In this document: positions 37,815 through 50,094 of the stretch, piece after piece
Numbering within the stretch: position 1 is the first letter of the stretch
Layout: the number at the start of each line of letters is the position of its first letter
Source: Blepharisma stoltei ATCC 30299
Lineage: Eukaryota; Protista; Ciliophora
Direction of reading: 5' to 3'
Assembly: GCA_965603825.1 (NCBI GenBank)
Contig: CBFDEM010000013.1
Span: 868,001 to 932,000, forward strand
Length of the DNA stretch: 64,000 bases
Program-made: the position numbers and the translations under genes
The notes under the pieces: model-generated
Told to the model about the DNA's origin: nothing
The model's input: only the letters and a program-made list of their open reading frames with translations
Database searches by the model: none

Positions 37815-38429
37815 TATTTATCAAACTCTACAAATATATATTTTTAACTGGGCTTATTCTGAATAATAATTAATGAATCGACTGATTTAAATGAGAAATT
37901 AGAATTCCAAATACTAATTAACTACTTAGTTGGATCACAATTAAAAAATTTTGCGCTTTTCAAAGATTGTCTGTAGTTTTTCAGCTTCTTATTTAAAAAA
38001 ATACACAAAGATTAAATAAATCAAATAAAATTCACAGTAAATGCACAAGTGTGAAAAATTGTGATGATTTTTTTCTTGATATAGCTTTTCTGTTTAAATC
38101 GCAAATTTTAAGTGTGACTGATACAGAAGTTTCGTCAATCATCAATTTATTTTCTAAAATTTTATATTTTACTTAGCTAATGCCAAATTATTAAACAATT
38201 ATTAAATCGAATTAACTGGAAAAGACAATAAATTCTCTTGCTTGTCAGTAATAAAACGTGTGAAACCAGAGATGCAATACCCGTGCTCTTTTTAGATTAT
38301 TTTTGTATCAAAATACAATTCTAACTCTTTTTTACGTTAAATTACTTCTGCCTTCTAAATGGCAGTCCAATATGTTTTTAAATATTTATGTCGATTAAAG
38401 TACAAACTTTTAAACAATAATTTTATTAA

Positions 38430-39737
38430 TTAATCAGAAAGAAAATATAATACCTGCAAGTTCCATTTGAGAAGCTTTAATTGTTTATTTTTCAAATCAA
38501 ATTCAATGAGCTTATTCCCACAAGTTATAAAGTAAAAGCTATCTTTATATAGCAATGAATAAGAATGGCGAGGATAACCTTCTTCAAGCATATTTGCAGT
38601 CCCAAATGGTGTTCATGTATTGATATCGTTTAAGCCACTTTCATAACAGGATCTATTGTAGTCAATTATATAAGCTTTGTTTTTGGTTGCTAAAATAGTC
38701 TTTCCTGTTTTACTATTTAATGTAATTGGAACATTTGTATATGAATTATTTGAAATATTGTATCCGTATAGATATGGAGATTCATAACCTACAATTAATA
38801 TCACACTATTAATAAAAGCACAAGAAATATATCTGTTGCCTGATACTGGATATTGAGCAATTGTATTTCAATGTTTTGATCCAAGCGAAAATTTAAATGA
38901 AGCGTTTCCAGATCCTCCAAACATGTAAACAAAATCATCAATTGCAATAAGTCCAGAATAGTTACTGTATCGAGAAGAATCCAAAGGAATTATTAAGTGT
39001 TTTGGGGTTATAATAAAAGTTTCTGAATCGAAGCAACAAAACACAGAGCCATCATTTAGCAAGCAAGTTGGATCCCATCCTTTTCAGTTCTTATTTATAT
39101 TTTGTGAAATTGAGGTTTGTGACACAACATCAACAGCAAATAGATCTCTGTTTTTAAAATATTTTATGATTGGCTCTACTTTTATAGGCCTCAAGACTTC
39201 AAAGTTGTCAATATCAAATAAAAGTTTAGCTTCTTTAACAGAGAATAGACTTTCTATTTTTTCTTTTATACCAGAGTTGTTAATCATCATTATATCTTCC
39301 TGTAATTTTATTTTTCTAGAATCTTCAGGAGATAATTTTAATGCTGATTCAATAAAGCTCTTGCTGTTCAGATTATTGACTTCCTCCAAAGTATCGCATA
39401 AGCGTATATACTCGTCTAATCTTTTTTCTATACTTATAAGCTCCCCTAATGATTTCTCAGCTGCTTCATTTATTTTCTTTATTAAAAAGGATGATTCTTG
39501 AATTAATTTTGACCGATTTTGCTTTACTTGAAGCTTTAAGCTTTTCAAAAATTTAGAAATAGTAATTTTGGTTTGTAGCTCTGGATTTTTCATGATTCGA
39601 GTGAAATGATGCTTCCCAGCTGATTCTCCATGTGTCACAAGATGATTATTGCATATAAAGATCTCTTTATCCGAGCAGTCGCATGCAACAATTGGCTTAT
39701 TTTGGCAACCTACTGAACAAGTCACAAGCTCATCCAT
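38430..39737 (-). CDS. family A copy A3 with altered C-terminus
   Basis: frame via TGA at 39084, 38868, 38613; a deletion at ~38468 removes the normal stop and gives ...LKLLKWNLQVLYFLSD*. Confidence 0.78.
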
Positions 39738-40882
39738 TATTTATCAAACTCTCCAAATATATATTTTAAATGGGCAAAAGAAGTCTTATTCTGAATTATA
39801 ATTAATGAATCGACTGATTTAAATGAGAAACTAGAATTCCAAATACTAATTAACTTCTTAGTTTAGTTGGATCGCAATAAAATATTTGCATTCTCAATAG
39901 ATTTTATGCTTCGTATTGAGAAAGCGCACAAACTTTACGATAAATCAAATAAAATTCACATAAAATGCACACATAGGCTATATTGTGATGATCTTTTTCT
40001 TGATAAAGCTTTTTTTGTTTAGACTGCAAATTTTAAGTGTGACTTATACAGAAGTTTTGCAATCATCAATTTATTTTCTAAAAATTTTAGATTTTATTTA
40101 ACTAATGCGTAATAGGTAAACAATTATTAAAAAGGAGTTAATTGGAAAAGACATTAAACTCTCTTGCCTTTCAGTAATAAACTAGCAAAATCAGAGATGC
40201 AACACTCGCAAGCTCTTTTTCAACTTTTTAGATTATTTTTGGATCAAAGTATTGAATTCTATTTACTTTTTAAGAAGAAGTAAACTGTAAAAATATAAGT
40301 TTGTGCAAATATTGATAATATGCTTTTCAGGCCTTCATTGGAGCCAGACCAAATGGAAGTTGTGAAAAATGGTCGCTTATTTCCTTGCATCATTTGCTTT
40401 AGTCGGCGCAGAGGAATGAAATATACGGCGCGCTGCTCTTAGCCAATTCAGAAGATTGTTGCAGAAACTCTCTTTCTATCTGTCCTCATTGCAGAGCACC
40501 TGGATTCCGTTTACGAGATCAACTTTTTGAGCAAATAAAGCATTTGCCTAGATTAATTAGTTTTTATCTATAAGAATACTTGGGAATTATTAAAAGTTTA
40601 TTAGTCGTATTGATTAACCAATGCTCTCAAGAGCGTTGAGTTGATTAATAACAATATAATCAAAAAGACAAAAATACCCTCCCAGACCTGAAAGAAATCT
40701 AACTATTAGTATAAGCATAATACCTGCAAGCTCCTTTCTTTTATTTGTTTGCTTCATTTTAAAATCAAGATTATTATTTTAAAATATTATGAGATGAATT
40801 CTTCAGCTTTTAACTTATTTTTATATTTGTATCAAAATTAAATTCCTATTTAAAATTATTAATCTAAAAAATTAAAGTTAAG

Positions 40883-42163
40883 CTATAAGGTCTTGAAATG
40901 TTTTAATTGTTTATTTTTCAAATCAAATTCAATGAGTTTGTAGTTGTAAGTTATAAAGTAAAAACTATCTTTATATAGCAATGAATACGAATGGCGAGGA
41001 TAATTGTGGTCAAGCATGCTAGCAGTCCCAAATGGTGTTCATGTATTGATATCGTTTAAGCCACTTTCATAGCAGGAGCTACTGTACTGAATTATATAAG
41101 CTTTGTTTTTGGTTGCTAAAATAGTCTTTCCTGTGCTACTATTTAATGTAATTGGAACATTTGTATATGAATTATTTGAAATATTATATCCGTATAGATA
41201 TGGGGATTCATAACCTACAATTAATATCACACCATTAATAAAAGCACAAGAAATAAATCTGTTGCCTGATACTGGATACTGAGCAATTGCATTTCAATTT
41301 TTTGATACAAGCGAAAATTTAAATGAAGCGTTTCCATACCCTCCAAACATGTAAATAAAATTATCAATTGCGATAATTCCAGAGCAGTTACTGTACCGAG
41401 AAGAATCCAAAGGAATTATTAAGTTTTTTGGAGTTATAATAAAAGTTTCTGAATCGAAGCAGCAAAACACAGAGCCATCATTTAACAAGCAAGTTGGATC
41501 TCCAATTTTAGAGTTCTTATTTATGTTTTGTGAAATTGAGGTTTGTGACACAACATCAACGGCAAATAGATCTCTGTTTTTAAAATATTTTATGATTGGC
41601 TCTACTTTTATAGGCCCCAAGCCTTCAAAATTGTCAATATCAAATAAAAGTTTTGCTTCTTTAACAGAAAATAGACTTTCAATTTTTTCTTTTATACCAG
41701 AGTTGTTAATTTTTATTATATCTTCTTGTAATTTTATTTTTACTGCATCTTCAGGAGATAATTTTAATGCTGATTCAATAAAGCTCTTGTTGTTTAGATT
41801 GTTGACTTCTTCCAAGGTATCGCATAACCGTATATACTCGTCTAATCTTTTTTCTATACTTATAAGCTCTTCTAATGATTTCTCAGTTGTTTCCTTTATT
41901 TGCTTCATTAGCAAAAATGATTCTTGAATTACTTTTGATCGGTCTTGCTTTACTTGAAGCTTTAAGCTTTTCAAAAATTTAGAAATAGTAATTTTGGTTT
42001 GCAGGTCTGGATTTGTCATGATTAGAGTGAAATGATGCTTTCCAGCTGATGATCCATGCGTTCCAAGATGATTATTGCATATAAAGACCGCTATATCTGA
42101 GCAATCGCATACATAAATTGGCTTATTTTGACAATTTATTGAACAAGTCACAAGTTCATCCAT
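40883..42163 (-). CDS. family A copy A4 (426 aa, 2 UGA=Trp)
   Basis: 1281-nt frame via TGA at 41294 and 41039; ends in TAG. Confidence 0.85.
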
Positions 42164-42998
42164 TATTTATCAAACTCTACAAATATATATTTTAAATCGG
42201 CAAACAAGTTTTATTCTGAATAATAATTAATGAATCGACCGATTTAAATGAGGAATTAGAATCCCAAATACTAATTAACTGCTTAGTTGGATCGCAATAA
42301 AACATTTGCATTCTTCTATAGATTTTCTGCTCCGTATTGAGAAAAGGCACAAAGCTTATAATAAATAAAAAAATTCACAATAAATGCACAGGTGTGCAAT
42401 GTTTTGATGATTTTTTTATTTATATAGCTTTTTTTGTTTAGATCTCAAATTTTAAGTGTGTAAAAAGATTTTAGGCAATCATCATTATTAGCTAATCGGT
42501 AAACAATTACTAAATGGAATTAATTGGAAAAGACAATAAATTCTCTTGCCTTGTCAGTAATAAAACTAGCGAAATCAGAGGTGAAATACCCACAAGCTCT
42601 TTTTCTTTCTTGTGGTTAGTTTTGTATCAAGCATTGAATTCTAAATACTATTATGAGCTGGTTGGCTCGAAAGGTTGATAGTGCAAATGGAATCCAGATT
42701 CCCTGCAATGAGGACAGATAAAAAGAGTTTATTAGCTATATTGGTGAAACCAATGCTCTCAAGAGCTCGAGTTTATTGAAAACAGTATAATCAGAAAGAA
42801 AAGAATGCCTCTCAGACCTAAAAGAACTTCAACTATTTTAGCACAAGCACATAATACCTACGAGCTCCATTCTTTTCTTTGTTTGGCTATTTTAATATCA
42901 AGACTTAATTCTAAAATTCTTACTAGATGAATTCTTCAGTTTTTTAACTAATTTTTTCTCTTTGTATAAATTAAATCCTATTTAAGATTATATTAAAG

Positions 42999-44275
42999 TT
43001 ATAAGGTCTTGAGATGCTTTAATTGTTTATTCCTCAAATCAAATTCAATGAGTTTGTAGTCGCAGGTTATAAAGTAAAAACTATCTTTATATAGCAATGA
43101 ATAAGAATGGCGAGAATCACCTTGTCTAAACGTGATAGCAGCCCCAAACGGTGTTCATGTATTGATATCGTTTAAGCCACTTTCATAACAGGATCTATTG
43201 TACTGAATTATATAAGCTTTATTTTTGGTTGCTAAAATAGTCTTTCCTGTGTTAGTGTTTAATGTAATCGGACCATTTGTATATGAATTATTTGAAATAC
43301 TATAGCCGTATAGACATGAAGATTGATAGCCTACAATTAATATCACACCATTAATAAAAGCACAGAAATATATGCGTTGCCTGATACTGGATACTGAGCA
43401 ATTGCATTTCAATTTTTTGATCCAAGCGAAAATTTAAATGAAGCGTTTCCATACCCCCCAAACATGTAAACAAAATCATCAATTGCAATAAGTCCAGAAC
43501 AGTTACTGTATCGAGAAGAATTCAAAGGGATTATTGAGTTTTGGAGTTATAATAAAAGTTTCTGATTCAAAGCAACAAAACACAGAGTCATCATTTAGCA
43601 AGCAAGTTGGATCTCATCCTTGTCAGTTCTTATTTATATTTTGAGAAATTGAGGTTTGTGACACAACATCAACAGCAAATAGATCTTTGATTTTGAAATA
43701 TTTTATGATTTGCTCTATTTTTATTGGCTTCAAGCCTTCAAAATTGTCAATATCAAATAAAAGCTTTGCTTCTTTAACAGAAAATAGACTTTCTATTTTT
43801 TCTTTTATACCAGAGTTGTTAATCATCATTATATCTTCTCGTAATTTTATTTCTAATGCATCTTCAGGAGATAATTTTAACGCTGATTCAATAAAGCTCT
43901 TGCTGTTTAGATTGTTCACTTCTTCCAAAGTATCGCATAAACGTGTATATTCGTTTAATCTTTTTTCTATACTTAGAAGCTTTTCTAATGATTTCTTAGC
44001 TGCTTCATTTATTTGCTTTATTAGCAAGGATGATTCTTGAATTATTTTTGACCGGTCTTGCTTTACTTAAAGCTTTAAGTTTTTCAAAAATTTAGAAATA
44101 GTAATTTGGTTTGTAGGTCTGGATTTTTAATTATTCGAGTAAAATGATGTTTCCCAGCTGATTCTACATGCATCCCAAGATGATTATTGCATATAAAGAC
44201 CCCTTTATCCGAGCAATCGCATACATAAATTGACTTATTTTGACAATCTATTGAACAAGTCACAAGCTCATCCAT
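42999..44275 (-). pseudogene. family A copy A5, pseudogene
   Basis: 1277 nt (4 short); deletions near 44105, 43540 and 43365, plus a CAA>TAA nonsense change at 44067-44069. Confidence 0.8.
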
Positions 44276-45134
44276 ATTTACAACTCTACAAAAATATATT
44301 TTAAATCGGCAAACAAGTTTTATTCTGAATAATAATTAATGAATTGACTGATTTAAATGATTTAAATGAGGAATTATATTCCAAATACTAATTAACTCCT
44401 TATTTGGATCACAATAAAATATTTCCATTCTTCAATAGATTTTCTGTTTGCATTGAGAAAAGGCACAAAGCTTATGATAAATTAAATAAAATTGACAGTA
44501 AATTAACAGGCGCGCAATATTGTGATGATTTGTTTCTTGAAATAGCTTTTTTGTTTAGATTGCAAATTTTAAGTGTGTAAAAAGAATTTAGGCATCAATT
44601 TATTTGTTAAAAATTTTAGATTTTATTTAACTAATGCCTGGCAGGTAAACGATTACTAAATGGAATTAATTGGAAAAGACATAAAATTCTTTTGCCTTTC
44701 CACTAATAAAACTAGCTAAATCAGAGACGAAATACCCGCAAGCTCTTTTTCCTTTTTTATATTATTTTGTAATTAAGGTGTTATTAAATTATTGTTACAA
44801 TATAAAAAGCTGAAATTTTAGTATTGAAATATAGCCTTTATAATAAATTCGGTGATGATTTGAGGATATGAGCCCATAAAGGCTAAATTAATAACAAAAT
44901 TGCAAATGAAATTAAATGAGTGACTGAAATTTATAATAGCATATATTCTAACTAATTATTAAAAGAGCTCCATCTATCAGCATAAGCACATAATACCTAC
45001 ACCTGCTTTCTTTTATTTGCTTGGCTATTTTAATACCAAGATTTAATTCTAAAATATTAGAAGATAAATTCTTCAGTTTTTTAATTATTTTTTCTCTTTG
45101 TGTAAATTAAATGCTATTTAAGATTATATTAAAG

Positions 45135-46403
45135 TTATAAGGTCTTGAGATGTTTTAGTTGTTTATTTTTCAAATCAAATTCAATGAGTTTGTAGTCGCA
45201 AGTTATAAAGTAAAAGCTATCTTTATATAGCAATGAATAAGAATGGCGAGAATCACCTTGTCTAAACGTGCCATCAGACCTAAATGATGTCCATGCATTG
45301 ATATCGTTTAAGCCGCTTTCATAACAGTAGTTATTGTACTGAATTATATAAGCTTTATTTTTGGTTGCTAAAATAGTCTTTCCTGTGCCGACAAATAGCG
45401 TAATTAGAACATTTGTATATGAATTATTTGAAATATTGTATCCGTATAAATTTGGAGATTGATAACCTCCGATTAATATCACACCATTAATAAAAGCACA
45501 AGAAATATATGCGTTGCCTGATACTGGATACTGAGCAATTGCATTTCCATTTTTTGATCTAAGGGAAAATTTAAATGAAGCGTTTCCATACCCTCCAAAC
45601 ATGTAAACAAAATTATCAATTGCAATAAGTCCAGAGCAGTTACTGTACCGAGAAGAATCTAAAGGTATTATTAAGTTTTTTGGGGTTATAATAAAAGTTT
45701 CTGATTCAAAGCAACAAAACACAGAGCCATCATTTAGCAAGCAAGTTGGATCCCATCCTTTTCAGTTCTTATTTATGTTTTGAGAAATTGAGGTTTGTGA
45801 CACAATATCAACGGCAAATAGATCTCTGTTTTTAAAATATTTTAATTTTGTAGGCCCCAAGCCTTCAAAATTGTCAATATCAAATAAAAGTTTTGCTTCT
45901 TTAACAGAAAATAGACTTTCTATTTTTTCTTTTATACCAGAGTTGTTAATCTTCATTATATCTTCATGTAATTTTATTTTTAATGCATCTTCAGGAGATA
46001 ATTTTAATGCTGGCTTAATGAAGCTCTTGCTGTTTAGATTGTTCACTTCTTCAAAGGTATCGCATAAACGTATATACTTGTCTAATCTTTTTTCTATCCT
46101 TAGAAGTTTTCCTAATGATTTCTCAACTGCTTCATTTATTTGCTTCATTAGCAAGGATGATTCTTGAATTATTTTTGACCGGTCTTGTTTTACTTGAAGC
46201 TTTAAGTTTTTTAAAAAATTAGAAATAGTAATTTTGGTTTGTAGGTCTGGATTTTTTATGATTCGAGTGAAATGATGCTTTCCAGCTGATTCTACATGCA
46301 TCCCAAGATGATTATTGCATATAAAGACCCCTTTATCCGAGCAGTCGCATACATAAATTGGCTTATTTTGACAATCTATTGAACAAGTCGTAAGTTCATC
46401 CAT
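45135..46403 (-). CDS. family A copy A6 (422 aa, 1 UGA=Trp)
   Basis: frame via TGA 45762; 12-nt in-frame deletion relative to A1. Confidence 0.85.
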
Positions 46404-47310
46404 TATTTATCAAACACTACAAATATATAATTTTAAAGGGGCTTATTCTGAATAATAATTAATGAATCGACTAATTTAAATGAGAAACTAGAATTCCAAA
46501 TATTAATTAACTGCTTAGTTGGGTCGCAATAAAACATTTGCATTCTTCAATAGATTTAGGCACAAAGCTTAAACATAAAATAGCTATTTAAAGGAAAAAA
46601 TCATCACAATATTGTATACCTGCGCATTTACTTTTAATTTTATTTGACTAAAATTTAAGGGGTTTACTGCTTTAGATATAGAATAGTTATAATCAATCTA
46701 AATGATAAAAACAGCAGCATACTTTTGTCACGAATAATGCTCATTAGATTTAATTGACTTTATATTTTATAAAGACATATTCACTTTCCTAATCGGAAGT
46801 AGAGCACAGCTAAAGCACAATAGCATAATTTCTTTGAATATTTCCTTATTGAGCTTCTAAATATGAAGCATGAGAATTTTTGTTTTTTAGCCCATTTTAT
46901 TGGTGTCCAAGATTTTACAGCTAATACACAATATGCTCGATGCTACATAAGGATTGATTTAACGTTTTTCTCTTGAGCTGGAAGGACATTTATTTCTAAA
47001 ACCTTTCCATAATAAGGTATAGATGATATTTGATTTATAAATTATGCTTAGAATTAATGTTTACAATTTTTATATTTAAAATCATTAATTAAACTATAAG
47101 GTTTTAAGGCGTTTTAATTCTATTTTCTAGTCTTCAAATTTAATTGAATTAGCCTGAGAGTAGTAGTTACAAAGTAAAAGCTATCTTTATAAAGCAAAGG
47201 ATATGAATGGCGACAATCATTATAAGTAAGCATGCTAGCAGTTCCAAGTGTTGTCCATGTATTGATATCATTATAGTTGCTTTCATAGAAGTTTTTGCTG
47301 TAATCAATTA

Positions 47311-47383
47311 TGCATTTATAGATGAATTTGAATACAGTGCTCTATAAATATAATCAGCTGCTCAATTCTAACAAAAATAAATA
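47311..47383. mobile_element. 73-bp TA-bounded insertion, IES-like
   Basis: paralog CAATTA|TATAAGC is interrupted; TAT direct repeat at 47309-47311 and 47382-47384; imperfect inverted ends TATGCATTTATAG.. / TATTTATTTTTG.. Confidence 0.65.
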
Positions 47384-47437
47384 TATAAGCTCTATTTTTA
47401 GTAGCCAAGCAAGTTTTTCCTGTATTAGAATTTAATG

Positions 47438-47541
47438 CTTAATTAATTATCCATATTTTCTAAACTCAAACCCTAAAGTTAAGGCCCAAGCCTTTTTCTC
47501 TTTTTGAAGCATATTACTATTGTAATGTGTAAAATTTAATG
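47438..47541. mobile_element. 104-bp insertion flanked by 9-bp direct repeat AATTTAATG, IES-like
   Basis: repeat copies at 47429-47437 and 47533-47541; absent from the six full-length family-A paralogs. Confidence 0.6.
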
Positions 47542-48117
47542 TGATAGGGATATTTGCGTATAAATTATTCGAAACAATATATCCATGCATACTTGGAGAA
47601 TCATAGCCTCCAATTAATATCGCACCATTAATAAATGCACAAGAAATATATCTGTTATTTGACACTGGATACTGAGCAATCGCTGTTCAATCGTTTAGCT
47701 CTTGTGAAAATTTTAATGAAGCATTGGCAGTTCCTTCAAACATATAAACAAAATAATTAACTGCAATGAGCCCAGAAAGTGGACCATATTTAGAGGAGTC
47801 CAAAGGAATTATTGAATTATTTGGAGTGATAATAAAAGTTTCTGCCTGGAAGCAGCAAAAAACAGAGCCATCATCCAGTAAACAAGTTGGATCTCACTCT
47901 TGAAAATTTTTATTAATATTTTGTGAGGCTGAGCTTTGTGATATAACATCAGCAACAAATAGATCTTTGCCTTTAAAATATTTAATATTTCGTTCAAAAA
48001 CTTTATAATTATTGACGTCAAATGCACTTTTGGGATCTTGAACGATAAAGAGATTTTCTCGTCTTTCTTTCAAATTTTCGTTATTAATCTTTACTATGTC
48101 TCTTGATATTTTATTCT

Positions 48118-48617
48118 TTGCTACAGCACTCTTATTTATAATAAGAATTTGATTGCAATGCATTTGGATATTTCTTAAGCTCTAATATTAAGACTTCTTT
48201 ATAAGCCTTCTATATATCACAGCCATTTTCCAGATTTTATATGCATATAAGTACAAAATCGTATTCCAGGCATCTAAAAACCAAAGCACAAAATAGAAAT
48301 ATTCTTAACAATTAATACCTAAAGGCTTTAGTTGCATATACAAAATTCCAAATGTAGAATTCAAAAGAATATTCTCGCCAATAAATCTTAAACATAAAAA
48401 TTAAATAAACAATAGCTTGATTATACTTAAAAATTATATAAAACTTGCTAAGATTATAAAAAATAATAATTATCTCGTGGCCCATTATAAACAGTAGAAG
48501 CACTTAGGTCACTTATTAAAAATTGTAACCCAAAAAAAGCTTTCTTAATTTATTCATAAAATCATCATTTGCATTTGCTGAAGCCATTTTCAGCAATAAG
48601 CTATACTTCTATAAACA
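48118..48617 (+). repeat. ~500-bp upstream block co-duplicated with family B genes (copy at 52257..52756; diverged copy ~58200..58615)
   Basis: direct alignment by eye, e.g. GAATTTGATTGCAATGCATT..GGATATTTCTTAAGCTCT and ATTCATAAAATCATCATTTGCATTT. Confidence 0.85.
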
Positions 48618-49922
48618 ATGTTTAGTGGTAGATGCTTTAAGGAAAACTGCTATAATAAGCTTGCTGGGAAATGTGAATGCGAAGGAAATATACTATTTTG
48701 CATTGAGCATGCACCTGAACATTTCCAAAAATCCAACAGTAAAAGGCATCAATGGTTGAGCTCCTACATCAAGCCAGCAGATGAAATCAAGCAGCCAATC
48801 ATTGAGAAGTTGACTGAGCTTAAAAAAGATATTAAAGGATACAGAAATGAAGTAATTGCAGAAGCAAGTGAAGTAATCAAAAACCTTAAAATTGCATTTG
48901 GGAAATATCTCGATCAAATTAATCATATAGAAAAAAGATGCACCAAAATAATTGAAGGACTGATGAGCGGAGAACAGTTTCTTGATGTCTCTGCTGAAGA
49001 TGATATGGAAAGTGTGCTTAAACTTAATGCCCAAAGAGCCCAATTAAGAATGGCTGAATGGGGTGCAAAACAATGCTACTTGGATTATAGGGAAATAAAT
49101 GAAGTTATTAGCAGAACTTATGAAAATCCTTTTAATCCTTTTAGAAAGGCCATAGAAGATACTATTGAATCAAATGAGCTATCATTTTTTAGGCATAACT
49201 CTCAAAATTTTACTACAATAAATTTAGATAGCTTTCAGGTAACTTCTACGATTACTCTTCCAGTTCAGGAAAATATTCATGGATATACCCAAAGCTGCAT
49301 ACTGCCTGATAAATCTTATTTTTATTTCGGCAATGCAACTATCAATTCAGGACTAACATTTACGGTAGACAAAAATAAAACCGTTCGACTATTGCAAAAA
49401 GCAAAACAAGGTTGCTATATTGATGCTGCTTTTTATAAGAATTTTATGTATTTGATAGGAGGAAGTACTAATATGGCTGAAAGGTATGATTTTGCCAAAA
49501 ATTCGTGGGAAAGTATAGCTCCAGTACCTCAAGGTTTGAATTTCAGTTACAGCTGCAGTGCTTTATTGAAAGATTCAATTCTTATAGCTGGATATTATTT
49601 GAATAAAATGATATGCTATAGCATTAGTCAAAATAACTATAAAGATGTTCCTAATTTAGTGCTGAATGCTAATTGTCATAAATTTATGATGAGAGGAAAC
49701 AACAGAATTTATTTAGTAGAGAAAGGAAACAGAATTATGGAAAGCGCTGAAAACGATTATTCAAGCTGGACTCAGGTAGGCGACTGTGGTATTGCAAATG
49801 GCGGTACACTTCAATCAAGTATTGTTCGTTATAAAGGTTCTCTTTACTCCATTCATTATGATAGCCAACTATGGAAATTCGATCTGGCTTCAAAGCAAAT
49901 CTCTCAAGTAAAAAACGTCTAG
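48618..49922 (+). CDS. family B copy B1: B-box-like Zn finger, coiled coil and Kelch-like propeller (434 aa)
   Basis: CxxxxC-x7-CxC-x6-CxxH-x3-H-x8-H; FMYLIGG...AERYDF...W Kelch motif; intact. Confidence 0.88.
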   Translation: MFSGRCFKENCYNKLAGKCECEGNILFCIEHAPEHFQKSNSKRHQWLSSYIKPADEIKQPIIEKLTELKKDIKGYRNEVIAEASEVIKNLKIAFGKYLDQINHIEKRCTKIIEGLMSGEQFLDVSAEDDMESVLKLNAQRAQLRMAEWGAKQCYLDYREINEVISRTYENPFNPFRKAIEDTIESNELSFFRHNSQNFTTINLDSFQVTSTITLPVQENIHGYTQSCILPDKSYFYFGNATINSGLTFTVDKNKTVRLLQKAKQGCYIDAAFYKNFMYLIGGSTNMAERYDFAKNSWESIAPVPQGLNFSYSCSALLKDSILIAGYYLNKMICYSISQNNYKDVPNLVLNANCHKFMMRGNNRIYLVEKGNRIMESAENDYSSWTQVGDCGIANGGTLQSSIVRYKGSLYSIHYDSQLWKFDLASKQISQVKNV

Positions 49923-50094
49923 ATTTAAATTTAAGTTTTATATTGAGATTTCATACTAAAGCTAAACTTCCTTCCAACTTTGAAACCCGCTATTTGTAGG
50001 CTGCATGTGACCTATTTTAATGAGATATGCATCCTTTATAATTATAAGAATAATATTCTGGTTATATTTTTTCTTATCAGTACCTGGTGTTCTA

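Larger units (their letters stand above)
47120..48163 (-). pseudogene. family A copy A7: 5'-truncated, Kelch region interrupted by two IES-like insertions
   Basis: Zn finger and most of the coiled coil are replaced at ~48120; removing 47311..47383 and 47438..47541 gives an open 289-codon frame (ATG 48163 to TAG 47120) collinear with paralogs. Confidence 0.7.

Noticed and set aside
35098-46167. Recurrent plus-strand ORFs (SISNKSFASLTENR...) in each family A copy
   Set aside because: Antisense shadows that recur only because the sense gene is duplicated.
34389-46403. CRISPR array or diversity-generating retroelement behind the variable repeats
   Set aside because: The units are whole eukaryotic genes of ~2.1 kb; there is no repeat-spacer structure, no template/variable repeat pair with adenine-only changes, and no intact RT.
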